The notes under the pieces: model-generated
Told to the model about the DNA's origin: nothing
Databases searched by the model: none
The model's input: only the letters and a program-made list of their open reading frames with translations
Shown here: positions 50,686-64,000 of the stretch, one piece after another
How positions within the stretch are numbered: the first letter of the stretch is position 1
How the letters are laid out: each line of letters starts with the position of its first letter
Program-made: the position numbers and the translations under genes
Source of the DNA: Enoplolaimus lenunculus
Lineage: Eukaryota
Length of the DNA stretch: 64,000 nt
Assembly: GCA_030248215.1 (NCBI GenBank)
Contig: JASANG010000627.1
Coordinates: 1 to 64,000, forward strand
Direction: 5' to 3'

Positions 50686-53600
50686 GATTGAAAATTGATT
50701 GAAAATTAGTGTTAATATTTAAAAATAATTCTGTAACAGTTACTGCAACAAAATTTCTCCTCCAGGTAGGGTAGGCCCAGATTCTCAAAATTTACAGCAG
50801 CTACGACATGTATGCACTGGCTTGAAGTGGTATGAACCAGTGATAAACAGGGTGTTTATTTTGTAAATAATTTTTTTAGAAACCTCGTCTACTTCTGTGT
50901 AAAAAATTTATTCTCATAAGCCTCAGTTCGGTTGTTTGACCTTTTCCTAATGCTTGTTAGCATTAAACTGAATAGCATGACGAAAATGATTCTTTTGCTT
51001 TCCTTGGTTTAAATATATTTCTGGAATTGGTTGAGCCCATTGGAACAACTATACGCGAGATAAACTAATCTTGAAATATGGAATATTTTTGTTCACAACT
51101 CAACCATCTTCAAATACTCGTTTCGAGGATTTAAGCTTTTTAGAAGATATCAATTTTTTGCTAAACGGATTTTGTTGCTTGTCTTTTCAAGATTACATCC
51201 CATTTCCCAGCTCTCAAATTGGACGCTTTCAGTTACGGTTCACGAGTTGAAGTAAATGTGACTGGCAACCAACGAAACATTTCAACTTGAATTCAGTCCG
51301 TAATTTTGCCAAAGCGTATGCCTAAATTCAAAATTTAAATTTTGGTAAACCAATGCCCCCAAAATGTTCAACTTTATACCAACATCACCAAAAGATCTCA
51401 AACACAAATTGCTTCTAGAACGCCACGAGCAATGGAACAACCAACGGCAATAAAATTTAAAATTTAAAACGAAACTGACTGACGATATCATCAAACTTTC
51501 TACTCCTTTTATAGTGCAATTTTTGTCAGATAAACAACAACATTTTGCATGATTAATGACTTGTTTGTGGCGTATAAAATATATAAAAACATCAGAAACA
51601 ACCCCAACATTGAAGAAATTTTGGCAAAATTGACACAAGTAAACAATGCCACCTTGTTGTTGAAATTCATTTACAAATATAAAATATTAAATAGTTCAAG
51701 CTGAACACTAAATATTTATCACTGTTACAAGCGAGGACGGGTATCCACGTCATGCGGCTCCAACAGGGATACAAATCAAAATATTTGTATTAAGATTTAC
51801 TGCTATGATTGCGTTTGAATAGTTACAACAATTCGAAGCGTTATATGTTTCATTTAAATAATTTAAAATGGTGCCATATAAAACATAAGACATTCTACAA
51901 AATCTTCTAGACTTAAAAGCAAACTTTCCAAATTTCGCAAACGCAAAAATTACTTGAATGCAAACGTTAGTCTAAAAGACTTAGCCTAAGCTAGTAAGCC
52001 TACTTCTCGGACCGTATATGACAACGAACTTTAATCTTTCAGCTCGATAAACTATATTTTCAATTTCTAGGCGTATGCTTTCCGTGCTATTTTAAGTGTA
52101 TTTTTTAATTTTCACTTAATTAAATATAGTGAACGTTTTGTTATTTTGCGACTATAATCATTAATTCTAAGTTGGCTGATGTGCAGCAAACTAGCTCACG
52201 CTGATTTTTTAACATCAAAGCGTTTCATTTTATACCCGTAGGCACCAATTAAACGCTAATAGTTGCTCGCTTTTTAAAACCAATTAAAACTGGCTTAAAA
52301 TTTACCTGTTTTTTATGTTAATGAATATAGATTAAAAATAAGCTAAATTTGAGGTAATTAATAAAATTAAAAAACGTTCTTCTACGTTCTTTGTATTTAT
52401 TCAAAAGCTTAAAGGGGCTTAATATTTTTCAGGAGGAGCATACAAGGGTTTTCGATGACTTACAAAAGGTTAAAAAAATTTCAAGGGGGACGCGTCAAAA
52501 AAACCCCTCCTGACCTGCCTCTGGCTACGGGCCACCCCTGAAAGCTTCTTGTTTCTAGAATTTTGTTAAGACTGTTTTGGTTTCTAGAAAATTCTATGTC
52601 AATATTTTAAATTGTAACCATTATTAATATGTTTGGTTTCCACGTGCAATTAACAGGGGTTAAGAGTTATTTTGATTAATATGAACTCCCGTATTGGTCA
52701 CGTGAAATTCACAGTTTGTTCATTATTATCTCTGTCATTTCAAATTGATTGAATTTTTGAAACGTACTTGGCCAACAAATCACGTGAAAACCCACTCGTA
52801 ATTCTTATACAGGTAAACTGTGTCGTAATGTCTGTCATGACATCATTAAACTTATAATGTCCTTCTGCAAATGGGCAAATTGTTTCTAGAAGTAATTGGC
52901 GTCACGCTGGCGTCTGTACGGTGGATATTTTGTTGGCTCTTGTACATTGCCTTTACTTTTAAGGTTAGGACACCCATGATCGTAAGTTAATTGTAAGATT
53001 CTGATTACGGGGGCAGCCTACAATTTCCGACACTTCATAAAGGATAATGGTTCATTGAAGACGACCAGTTACAATTGTTATGCGTCCAATCAAAAGCGGA
53101 TTATATTTAACGAGATTGTGTAACTATAAGGAGTGCAAATGGTACAAAATGTACCAGAACGCGTTGCGTTTTCACCGTACACTCTTATTTAAGGGGTCGA
53201 TATCATATGCAGTACCGCTAAATTAAAAAAACAACCAGAGCGATTCTTGATACCAGGTGCAACAGGAGGTGAAAAATACAGCAATCGGAGCCGGAGGTCA
53301 ACGAAACTTGTCGGAGTCGGAGCCAGAGCCGGAAGTGAAATGAATTAGGTACTAAAAATGATACTTAATTAGTTAATTTTAGACAATATCTGCAATATGT
53401 TGTGAAGTTGTTTGGTTTTACGCTAGTTTTGTGCGAAATTTCGTAAATTGTTTCCTGGAAATTGTGACAAAAGTAAAACGAAACGCGCTTAACAGATAAA
53501 TTTCGCAAAATTACCCAAAATTTTACTACCGAAGTTGCCGGAACCTCAGACAAAAATTCTACCGGAGTCGAAGCCGGAGGCCGATTTTCTACCGGAGCTC

Positions 53601-55462
53601 GAGCCAGAGGCATACCTTCGGTTGTACCCTGCTTGATACCAATTAAGCGATGACCGGAAACAATCAGGATCTGACAAAGACAGAATAGCGCCAAATCTGA
53701 TAATGAATGACACTGTTTCGTGGATTAGGTCGACAGACACATTACAGATACGGATCAGATATAAGAACGGCCATCCATTAGCAGACTATTTGTCTACTAA
53801 TCTTTAGGTCAAATCACCCAAAAATGGTAGTCCAGCAATAGCCGGACCGGCCGGACAGCGATGACAGCCTTGCATATTGCAGTATTAGTTGCCCCCTTCC
53901 ACAAAAGATTCATGAACACAAAGGATATGTAAGCGTGCTCAAAGATTTGTCGGTTTCAAATTTCATAAAAAAATATTAGTAACCAAATACCAAATTTAAA
54001 TATTGCTGGCATTTCGAAGAAGATATTCAAAGGGGCAGAATCTTCTCGATGTTTGGGAATTTGACCTTACATAAAACAATTAAAATCCATGCAAACGATA
54101 TTAAAATTAACAATAGAATAAACGTTTTATTAAGACACATTAAAAAAGCGGTCCATGTAAAGATCAGGTGCGGAACGTTTTTCTGTGGGACTAAAAAAGA
54201 GCAAGCTTAAGCTTTAGACCAATTTTTTTGCATTGGCTCAGGCTTAGGTTTAGCAATATGCTCATTCTTACTCTTAGGCTTAGGCTTAGGCTTAGGAATA
54301 TGCTTATAACACTGTTCTGCCCGTATTCTTTACATTGGCCAAAAAAGCACACGCAGTTAATCACTATTTTTTCATCTTGTTCATTTAGAATCGCCTCTGT
54401 ACTTCTTACAGTTGTAAACCGTACCAAAAATTGAATTCTAATACGAACCAGTTTTCTTCTTTAATTCCATATCAAAGCTGCCGCAATGTCAAAAACCCTT
54501 CTCAACCGATAAATAACACATTTAAGAAATTAACATGGACGTTCAGAGATCGACCAGTAACAGAGTAGTTCTTCGTTCTCCTATTATCTCATAAAATGGC
54601 TTTGGTGTATTACGTTTGCTGGCTGGATAATTTTCAATCCCCGTACATAAACAATTGCGAGTATCATTGCCAACATCAGTTTTAATAAAGTTTACTGCAA
54701 ACTTTAAAATTTATCTCATTGGTACGTAAGTTACAACTATTACCAATTCGCGACAGGTGCATTTTTAGAATATTGAATGTAAATCAAACGTCCAAAGCTC
54801 CGGTACTTTTGTTCAATTCAAAGTAGCCGTTGACTGATTGTTACAGTTGAGGTATTAATAAAAATGCGTGCTACGGATGCAACCACGATTTTACCGTATA
54901 CCAAAGTTCAAATTATAGCAATCATTGATCATATATCAAACCCGATGTCCGTCTATAAGCCTCCTACGGTATCGTTTAAGTTCACTAAATCGTTCGTTTA
55001 AGGAACAATGGCAGGTGGCCTGTTAATAGCAAATCGTTTTTTTCCGGAACGCAACAAAATGCTCGAATGGCGTAAATGTAAGATCTGTTAGTTCAACGAT
55101 GGTAAACGGGATATTTCAGCAGTACGAGAATACCAACGTAGAGCGTACACAAGCAAGGGGCTTGTTAGGGAAGTAACACGTGCCTCACGGAATCCGTAAA
55201 ACTTTTCAGGTAGTGTTAATGCATGGTGATAACCAGTTCGACGATGGTAACTAGATAATATCTTGAGATGCTGTTGTAGGATATAACGCCGAAAAACGTT
55301 GAAGTAAGTGATTTGCATTGTTGGGTAGCTAAGTAATTAACATTATAGCAAACCAACAGTTTGTATGCTGCGAAAATGAATCCAACCGCAACTTCAGCAA
55401 GAGTAATAAAGTTTCAAACGATGACGACTGTATTCCGAAATAGTAATCGTGAATCAACTCCA

Positions 55463-58400
55463 CTAGCGGTGTCCAAAAGGCTGAAACAATTGAAGATTTT
55501 AGCAACGCTGGCTGTTTTATTTTTCTCATGCGTTCATTTTTACATGGTTAAAAATAGACCCTTATAGTTTAATTTGCATATACTTTTCCTTGTATCAAAA
55601 GTCAAAACAAAAACAGGTACGCTACCCAAATTAAGTACGTAGGGCGTCCCATCTTTAATAATATACATGAATATGACCAAAGCGGGCTCATAAATACGGA
55701 GATTAAATTAAATCAAGGATTAAAAATGGACATTGTTTTAAAGTTACGCTTACGCTGAAACTTATGCCTAGGCTTTGGAACACGCCAAAACTCATGTTTA
55801 CGCCAGCAAAGATAAAGCAGTATACTTTATACAAATGTTCCGGTGGTTTTGTTGGATGTTTAAACTTTTGCGGATTTCAAATTTTCCAAGTTTTATGGTG
55901 AATCGGTAAAATTGATTTTCTCGTACCTGATTATAATAATCGGTGTTGTTGTATCCGTGCTGACGCGCTGAGTCTGTCACAACATTATTTCCAGATCCTT
56001 GAACGTTCCAATATGAGCCGTATAATCTTGCGTTCTGAAAATATAGCAATATCAGTTGCACTGATAATATTATGAAGAGGCTACGACCAAATTTTTACAT
56101 TAGGCTAAGTGGAAATCTGCACTATTCAGGAACAAGAAAGTGCGTATTCATGTGAGTACGAGCTTCGTTTCAAAATGCAACAAAGATATCAGGTTTAAAA
56201 TCATAATTGAAATTTGTCAAACCTACAGTAACTATTCCTGGGTTCTGATACATACATAACAACTTGTCATACCATTACCGAGAAATTTGGATTGGGGATG
56301 GGCGAATCCTGCCAGGTTCGTGCCTTGGGTTTCCACCTAAATTTGAATTTTACAACCCTTTAGCAGTGACCCATCTAATTTTTTATCGGGATATATGAGA
56401 TTGGCCACGCTTTCTGACTCGGTTCTGAGACCAATTTTGAAATCCTCTTTTAGGTCCCCTAAATTTTTAGTGGGCTGGGTAACTGGGTCAGACTGAATTG
56501 TTCGTTACGTGAACACGATTTGAAAAAATATTGCGACCGAAAAGCTACACGCTAATACCTTTAATTCTAGTACAAAACTTGAATTTGGGGTCTTTTTGGG
56601 CGTATTTTTATTTTGGAGTTAAGACAGAGTGTAAGAAAGCTCGTTACCTGGATTTAGGGCGAGTTTTGAAGAATTCGCAGCGAAGCGAGCGAAAAGCTAT
56701 ATATTGTTTCAGCATTAAATCCCTGTGTAAGAGTTTTAAAACGTTTCTTTACTTATGATCTGCTTGCTCTAAATCACTAAACCGGAACCTCCCCCGGTGA
56801 CGAACTTTTGTAACTGTGAAGCTTTGTACAAAATTTATCTTTAGTTTTGAGCTAATTAGGTTGGAGAATTTGACTATGAAGTTTTTCTTTGAACAGCGAC
56901 GCAGGTAAAATTTTTCAAACATTAAAAATGAATATCTTCGCGAGCGCAGCGAGCGAGAAGTTAAACGCATTTTTTGTAAATTATGACACACGATCTGATT
57001 CGGATTGCGGGGGCACACCCACCCCAGTACACCCTCTCGATACACCTCTGCTAATCAATAGGGGATATTATGGTAAAATTTGTGCATTAATCTGGTCTCA
57101 TAATCGCTGCGGCATACAGTCTACAATAAGATGTGCGATACTAACGTTATGTGACGTTTAAAATAAGCCCTCGGTCTCTCTTTTAATTCGACGGGGTATG
57201 ACGGAAAAAGGCTCACGTGATGCTACAGGATTAATTGCTGCAAAAGTGTAACAATCAGTCTTAACTAACGATGCGCTTACAGCACGAAACTATCTTGAAA
57301 AGAACGGAATGGTCACTGGGTTTTTGAACAATGCAACTGAACCGGTTGTTGCAGAAACTGTCTGAATGCATCAATGGGGCCCCTCGGTCGTCGTTGAAGT
57401 TGTTGTATGTTTTATTTTAACAGAAATATTCTCAGATAGTATCTTTAATTGCAAAATTCTCGGTTAGAACGTTTAATGGAACAATTCTCAGTATCTATAA
57501 CCATTTACTAATGTAGTATACCATAAGCAACTAAATAGAACGAATATGCCAGCAAATACAGACACTGTGAGCCAGGGTTGTGTTTTTTCGGAAAAAAATT
57601 ATGACCGGATAAAATGATTTTTTTCCATTTTTTTCGGAAAAAAATGTAAAAAAATGGAAAAAATTCATTCTTTGTCTGAGTGATCGGTTAGCGTACCCTT
57701 AGCCGTCGTTTGCCCAAAAATGCTTGCATTTTGAAACTTTTTGCATATTTGAGCTTCTGATGACATCTTCTGGACGTTAAAATTCTAATTTTTAAAAAAT
57801 TTAAGTTTTGGCATGGAATAATCGGAGGAGGCACAAAAAAAAAACAAAAGATAAAAAACCTTTCTTCCACACCCCCCCCCCGCATTGAAGCTAGATGTAT
57901 TTTTGTGTTCACTCATGCGGTCAAACCAAGCTTTCAATTTTGAGCACCCTAACTTTGGCCCCACTGTCGACGAAACTTGATGAGTGAACCGAGTAGGTTG
58001 CATATGTAGTTTTACATTGAATCTCGTGGCAAAGTTTGAATTCTGAGATCCATTCATATGTTTATATGCTGCAATTTTAGCTCTTTTCAGACATATAATG
58101 TGTCCTGGTGGACATTACGCACGGTCACTTTTAATGTGTTGCATGAAAATTAGTTACATGTCACCTAAAAACGTTATTTTATATCATATTTAGTTGCAAA
58201 TTATATTCAAGAATCGTTTAATATTTTCCCATTTTTTTCACTTTTTCCACCCCCTCGGAAAAAATGAAAAAAAATGAAAAAAATCATTTTTTCCGGTAAT
58301 TTTTTCCGGCCAACAACTTTGCTGTGAGCAGTGTTTAACAATTCTAACATATATGCGCAGTGCAAAATCTCCACAAGACGTGAGAGCCCCCTCGGGCTAC

Positions 58401-61400
58401 GAGCGTCAAGCTCCTATAGCTCAGTGGTCATCGCGTGATGACGAGTTAATTTCTTTGTCAGCTTTTTGTTAAAAAATCTTGGCTTACATAAGCTGCTTAC
58501 CTGATTATACTGTGACATTTCATTCATTCTCGCTGCTTTGTCCAAATGATCCTCATAGCTAGCGTAGTTTTGAGTTGGGTGACTTGAGTTGTTACACCCT
58601 CGCACGTACTGTGTATCTACCGCCGAACTCGGCATTATAGGTAATCCTCCGCTACTTGGGCTCGAATCTTTGACCCGCCACGCTGGAGGTAATCCACCAA
58701 CCGCCCTCAAATGTGCGTATGCGTCATATTTTGATCGCAGTCTGGTCCGATTTTGCCTAGAAATATACCGAAGTGCTAAATGATTTATATTTAATAGAAT
58801 CTAGCCCGTAGAAAGAGGGGAGGGGGGCAGGAGATTGCTAGACTGCCAGAAACATCCCCCATAAATTATTTTAACCCCATTCGGAAGTCATGTGAACTAC
58901 CCAATACCGCTCCTAATACTGTTTCCCCAGAGGTTCAGCTGGCTGTGGGCCTTTAAGCAACAAACAAATGAACGACCACGATTTATTTTGCGTTCGGCAC
59001 AAAAAGCATATTCTCGACGTTAACATTTTGCTAGCTCAAAAGTTCATTTTTGCAAGTTTTCCTAGTGCAAAAACGGACTTTTAGCCAGCAAGATGTTTGC
59101 GGCATGAATTTGCATTTCATACTGAACGCGTATTTTATCGTGCGCGTTGATTGGAAATTGACTACTGCATACTCCACAATAAAGTGTGAGTACGCTATGT
59201 AATTCTACGGCAGCTATGAAACTGGGAATTTAGTTTAGCATCAGAAATCAACTAAACCAAATGTATATCGTAATCGATAGTGCAAGACCGGTCACTGACA
59301 AGTGTGGGAAGGCCAAATAAGTACCTAGCCAGAAATGAAGATTCTCTTTGATCTTTACCTGCGTTTACAGCATACAACGATTCCGATAATAACCAGTAAG
59401 AGCAACCATACTCCAACTATGATCGTTGGTATTACAATCGCCATCACTAAAATCAAAGTTAATGTTGTTAGTATCTTCAACATCCTGGTTTGTACACTTT
59501 CTCCACATTTATCATGAAAGCTTCGTTTAGGCTTAGGTCCAGGTTTAGCTAAATTTTTAAAATGGTCAGAAAGCATTCGAATTTTCTGCGTAATATTTGA
59601 GTTGTGGTTTGTCGTACTGATAATGGAATGGCATCATTTAAAATTGTATATGTATCAGTACAAATTATGAATCGTATAGGTAGTCCTATCTGTCGCAGTT
59701 TTTTCTTATATGAAACTAATACATAAACATTATATGCCACGAACGATGACAAAATAAACATAATAGACGATTTAGGGTTGCGCTACGTTTGACGTGCGGC
59801 GACGCCGGTATCCGCGCAGCGCCATCCGTCACCGTGCGGCGCTGTTCGTCACCGTGCGGTATCGAACACAAATAACTACACTACCGTACGATAACGTATG
59901 GTGACGAACGGTGACGAACGGCGCCGTATGGGTGACGGACGGTGATGGACAGCGCCGTACGGGTGACGCACAGTGACGGACGTTCCCGGACGTCAAGCAT
60001 AGCGCAACCCTTAGCCATAAAATTAGTGTAATAGGGTTTTTAGTTCAGCCCGGTCATTTATGCTATTGCGGAGTTTGGGAAAATAAACCCAACCCACAGG
60101 CTTAAGGTTAAAGCTCAGCCTTTAATGCAGAACACCTGATTATATCAAGGCACGCTTACTATTCGGATCTGTCACATCGCTGGGGACTTCATAAAAATCC
60201 GGCGGTAACAATTTAGTTCCCTTTGAAGGCGGTCGGCCAACAATAACTGCAGGTGTCGTCAGATAGCCACCAAAATTGAACGGGAACCGTGTTGTTGGTC
60301 GCCGTGGCGGAAAATCGTTAGCAGGATTAGGCTTAGTGTTAGGCTTACCAAAACCAGGTTTACCAGCACGTGTTGGCGGTGATGGAGAAGTTGTAAATAT
60401 AAAAATTGGTGGAAGAGTTTTGTCGGGCAAACCTATAAGGCCGTTATCTAACTCGTACTCCACAGGCAGTAAATTAGTCCCAATTGACGGAGCAGTAAGG
60501 GTAGTCCTGTGAACTGGTGTAGTTGGAAGCTTACGTTGGGTCGCGGTATATGTAGATTTAGTGGTTGAAGGTTCGTCTGAAAAAGTAGCAAACGGTGCCA
60601 ATCGAATGCGCGTGTTTGATGTTTCGCCGCTGTTTGGATCATTTACCCGTTCGGGTAAAAATTGAGTATTTGAATGCAGTTCAGGTGGCGCTGGAGGTAA
60701 TGTTGACCGAGGGAACGAAAACAACGTCGTTAGCGGATCCTTGGCGTTGCTTTTGGGCCAAATCCTGTGACCGCCAGGTTTTCGAATTCCAATGTAACCG
60801 CGATCTGAACTCGCAACATCAGTAACAATTTGTGGTTGAATCGTAATGAATTCAGGGAATGTAAATTCGTACAAATTCGAATCTGTTGTCGCAATGGATG
60901 GTGAATTGAAATTGGCTACTGCGTTCGACGCAAAATTTTCAGTGGTGAAAAACTCAATTTTAGGATTGTTTCGACTCGATGATTGCTCGTTGACAGGCGG
61001 TTGGGCTAAAATTGTATTTTAAACAATTTTTAAAAACATTTTACACGCATTTGTTGACGCTTTAGTTAGAACAAAATTCATGTTTATTTTTAACCAGAGT
61101 CTCATTTTAACGGCTGACTTAAATTAGTGCAAATCGCAACAAATTTGTTTAAATTTGAAAAAAAATTGAAAATCATTTTAGACACATATGTTGACATCAG
61201 GTTAGAAAATGTTCATGTGAACGAGGACACTAGAAAGCGTTTCAAAAAAGCACATTTCTCGCGATTTGCACTAATAGTAAAGGGAACTTCTGAAGTGAGG
61301 CTCCGGTTAAAATACACAACTAGTTTTTGCAACAATCTCAGATAGTCGTTTAAAACTGTGGAAAATTAAAATTGTGAAATTCTAGATTTGGTACTTTGAA

Positions 61401-63785
61401 TTTACACTAACTGGCGATAGAAGCTACTCACAGATAACATTAATATCCTCTTTGACCCTAAAATAATACCTTGTGGCAAATCTCTGACACAAAACGGTGG
61501 CGCTTTTGTATCGTTCAGGCATCCCGGTTGTGAGTTTTGATCAACGCGAAATATCCATTTTCCCGGTTGGTTCATATTGCTTAATTTACCCAATTCTCGT
61601 ACTTCGTCGCTTTCTGACCCTGGCAACGTGATGCTCGATCCGATATCTGGTCCCATTATCATTACCTACAACAATAAACCCACACATTGCCGAAAATATT
61701 ACAACCAGAAATGTAGTTATTCATCACCAGCGTTCGAGTGGAAATGAATAAAAACGAAGTTGGCCTACCAACCGGATATAGGTAGGCTTTGGGACTTTGA
61801 CACTGGGATGCTTAGGCATAGGCTTTGGCTTAGTCTGTAGACCATATAATTAACGTGGGCATACGATCATGGTAGCGGCACATGCTTTTAGTCCTATTCG
61901 TAATTCAATGTGCTCAGGCAATTGATGCTTATCTATTGGGCAATTGGCAAAGAACAAATAAAATATTGTGCCACCACGTCTGATTTTCAATTCAGACTGT
62001 CGTTATATTAATGCACGGGGAAATATTGTAATAGACGATGGTGATGACAATATTTCGTTTCAATTAATCCACAAATACTTACTTTGCCCCCGGTTTTATC
62101 GGGTATCAACGTATCGTACAGGTATTGTACAAACGTCAGTTTTTGTCCACTTTGACCGCTACTGTCAATCAGAGCTACTTGAAAAGTGTTTTTGTTCTAA
62201 AATCGGGTCAAGCTAAAAAGTTAGCAGTCACTCAAAAAGGTGGCTTAAATCAAACAAAGTTTCTGGCTGCTAAGAAATTAGGAATGTTCGTGGTGAGGTA
62301 CCTAAAATGAGCACGCAAAGTTTATGAATATTGTCACACAGAAACATTTCATAACGGTATTGCCATTATACAAATATGGTTTTTTTTAGGTTTCAAGACA
62401 ACTCGTCGCTTGACAACTCGTCGATCGACATCTTATTAACGCCAATCATTTTGCTTAAATTTAGGCTTAGACTTAAGATTACGCTTAGGATTATGCTTAG
62501 ATTTATTTACAGGCTTTAGAACACTGTACGACGGCAAGTTGCCGAGCGACGAATGGCCACAGTTCCTATTTTTATAAATTACTTTTTCCAAGAGAGTTGC
62601 TTGGTACGCGTTCAGAAACCGTATTTAAAATTCAACCGGAACCATACGCAACGGCAAAAAATTATTTTTACTTCCGCTTCCACTGCTTTTGTCGGTGTCA
62701 CTTTGTTATACGTGATCGCAACAACTGCGTCCGCTGAGTACAGTGAGCTACCATCAGCGCTGGGTACAGAATTAATAGCTTTTGTTGCTTCTTCAAGTAC
62801 TTCCTGCTCTAAAATGAATATAACCAAATTTACAAAGATTGTACCAGATATCTTGGTTACAATTATAATACCTTGCGCAATAAGGTAAGGTGGGCGCTAT
62901 ACTTTTGATAACGTCCAGTGGCGTCCGTCACCGAGCGTTAACGTGCAGTATCGCACGCGAATTACTAATTAGCGATACCGTATGGCGATAGACGGTGGTA
63001 GACGACGCCGGACGGTGCCTCACAAGTTTAGAGCCACCCTTAATGTTGTGAAATTTTCAAAACTATATGAAACACCTATCTACCGGTTTGAAAGTATTTT
63101 TTGATTCGAACAAATTGTTATTGGACCATTCTTAACGGTTTGCTAATTTTATATCTTGACAAACAGTGTATTAGTGGATTTTCGGTGCATGCCGTTGCTG
63201 GGTTTAAAATTAACGTAAATTTTATTAATGCGCTTACTTTTAGTTTCGAGCACAGATATTCGTCCACCTTTACTCAAATTGACATCGGCTAAAAACGGCG
63301 CAAATCCTCGGACACCGAATTTATCAGGACTGCTAAGCGCATCACCACGAGCGTCATCCAATAAGATCATTCCGTTTTTGCTGATCTGAAAACAGACATC
63401 ATACAAAGCCAGAAAAAAACAAAATACGTTGAACGTGCAGCGGACAGTGTTTCGCTTGTTCTAATCTGTCAGGTACACGTTGCTAACTCTTTCTGATTTG
63501 CATACAATTGTAAGTCTATCAAGTCCTCTTTACGTCTATTTTAAATTATTGGTTCAATTTTTACATGGCCTGCAAATTTTTACATCGCAGTGCGGTTCAA
63601 ACGATTCAAATTGAATGCCAGCATACAGTAAGAAACAACAAAGCCGATGTTTGCAGATTTTACCCAAATCGTATCTTGATCGCGTCCAAAAACGCGAATC
63701 GGTTGCTTAAGTCTCCACGCCATTGTACCATCGTCTGGTAATTTTGGCAAATTTGTTGCGCCAGTTTGGGAGTATAACAGTTTTC
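55463..63785 (-). CDS. NIDO-domain, Pro/Thr-rich single-pass membrane protein (DEX-1-like); 5' end outside the window
   Basis: Exons 63785-63664, 63385-63238, 62808-62672, 62196-62083, 61665-61470, 61005-60160, 59548-59359, 58756-58501, 56034-55927 and a probable terminal exon 55480-55463. NIDO motifs DDG..L..P..FG, ISKNGMI, FAPFLADV, NTFQVAL, SN..PGKWIFRVD; mucin-like stalk; TM IVIPTIIVGVWLLLLVIIGIVVCC followed by KRR; Tyr-rich tail. The tail exon structure is less certain. Confidence 0.8.
57573..58321. mobile_element. Non-autonomous hAT-like element with 8-bp TSD
   Basis: CTGTGAGC|CAGGGTTG...CAACTTTG|CTGTGAGC; sub-terminal CCGG/A-tract inverted repeats. Confidence 0.85.
59775..60010. mobile_element. 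PIF/Harbinger-type MITE with TTA TSD
   Basis: TTA|GGGTTGCGCTA...TAGCGCAACCC|TTA; internal CGTCACC/GGTGACG repeats; related copy at ~62889-63040. Confidence 0.85.
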
Positions 63786-64000
63786 CTAAAACCTCATCAA
63801 ATATACTAACTTGTTACTGTTGACGTTATGATAAAATATTAAAAATGAGCGTTAGCAAGACCTAAGCTTAACTTTAAAAGTGTATAATTGACTTTGAAAT
63901 AATGAATTGAATTTTTTTGAGTTATGTTATGCCTAAGGCAGGTAACTGTTTTAAAAGTACTATAGCGACCCAAATAAGAGGGAGTGATAAGAGGGGGTCC

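Noticed and set aside
56222..57420. Possible extra tail exons of the NIDO gene near 56270-56336 and 57280-57360
   Set aside because: No unambiguous phase-consistent combination; 58501 joins 56034 cleanly without them. Needs RNA-seq.
1..64000. rRNA, intact tRNA, spliced-leader RNA or snRNA genes
   Set aside because: None recognised by eye; an Infernal/Rfam and tRNAscan-SE scan would be needed to exclude them.

Overview
Eukaryotic, AT-rich, intron- and transposon-rich animal DNA, probably from a large-genome nematode (inference from TTAGGC tracts, TTTCAG-type acceptors and a DEX-1-like gene). 1-8206: 5' part of a minus-strand Gypsy/Ty3-like LTR element with a 752-bp LTR, a tRNA-Arg-like PBS and a ~6.6-kb non-coding leader before a gag ORF that has an in-frame TAA. 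The leader carries an internal CCAAT/TATA/Inr promoter, a ~179-bp repeat array and many hairpins. Four spliced host genes were reconstructed by hand with phase-consistent GT-AG junctions: a white-family ABCG half-transporter (+, 17 exons, 803 aa), a 78-aa AKH/GnRH-superfamily neuropeptide precursor (-, 2 coding exons, predicted peptide pQLTYDFRKWA), glutamine-hydrolysing asparagine synthetase (-, 8 exons, 591 aa), and the 3' part of a NIDO-domain/mucin-like single-pass membrane protein (-, continues past the window end). Introns and intergenic DNA contain many MITEs (hAT-, Harbinger-, CACTA- and Tc1/pogo-like), minisatellites, a tRNA-like SINE head and a second LTR-like segment at ~39.6-41.5 kb. 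No searches were run; family names rest on motif recognition.
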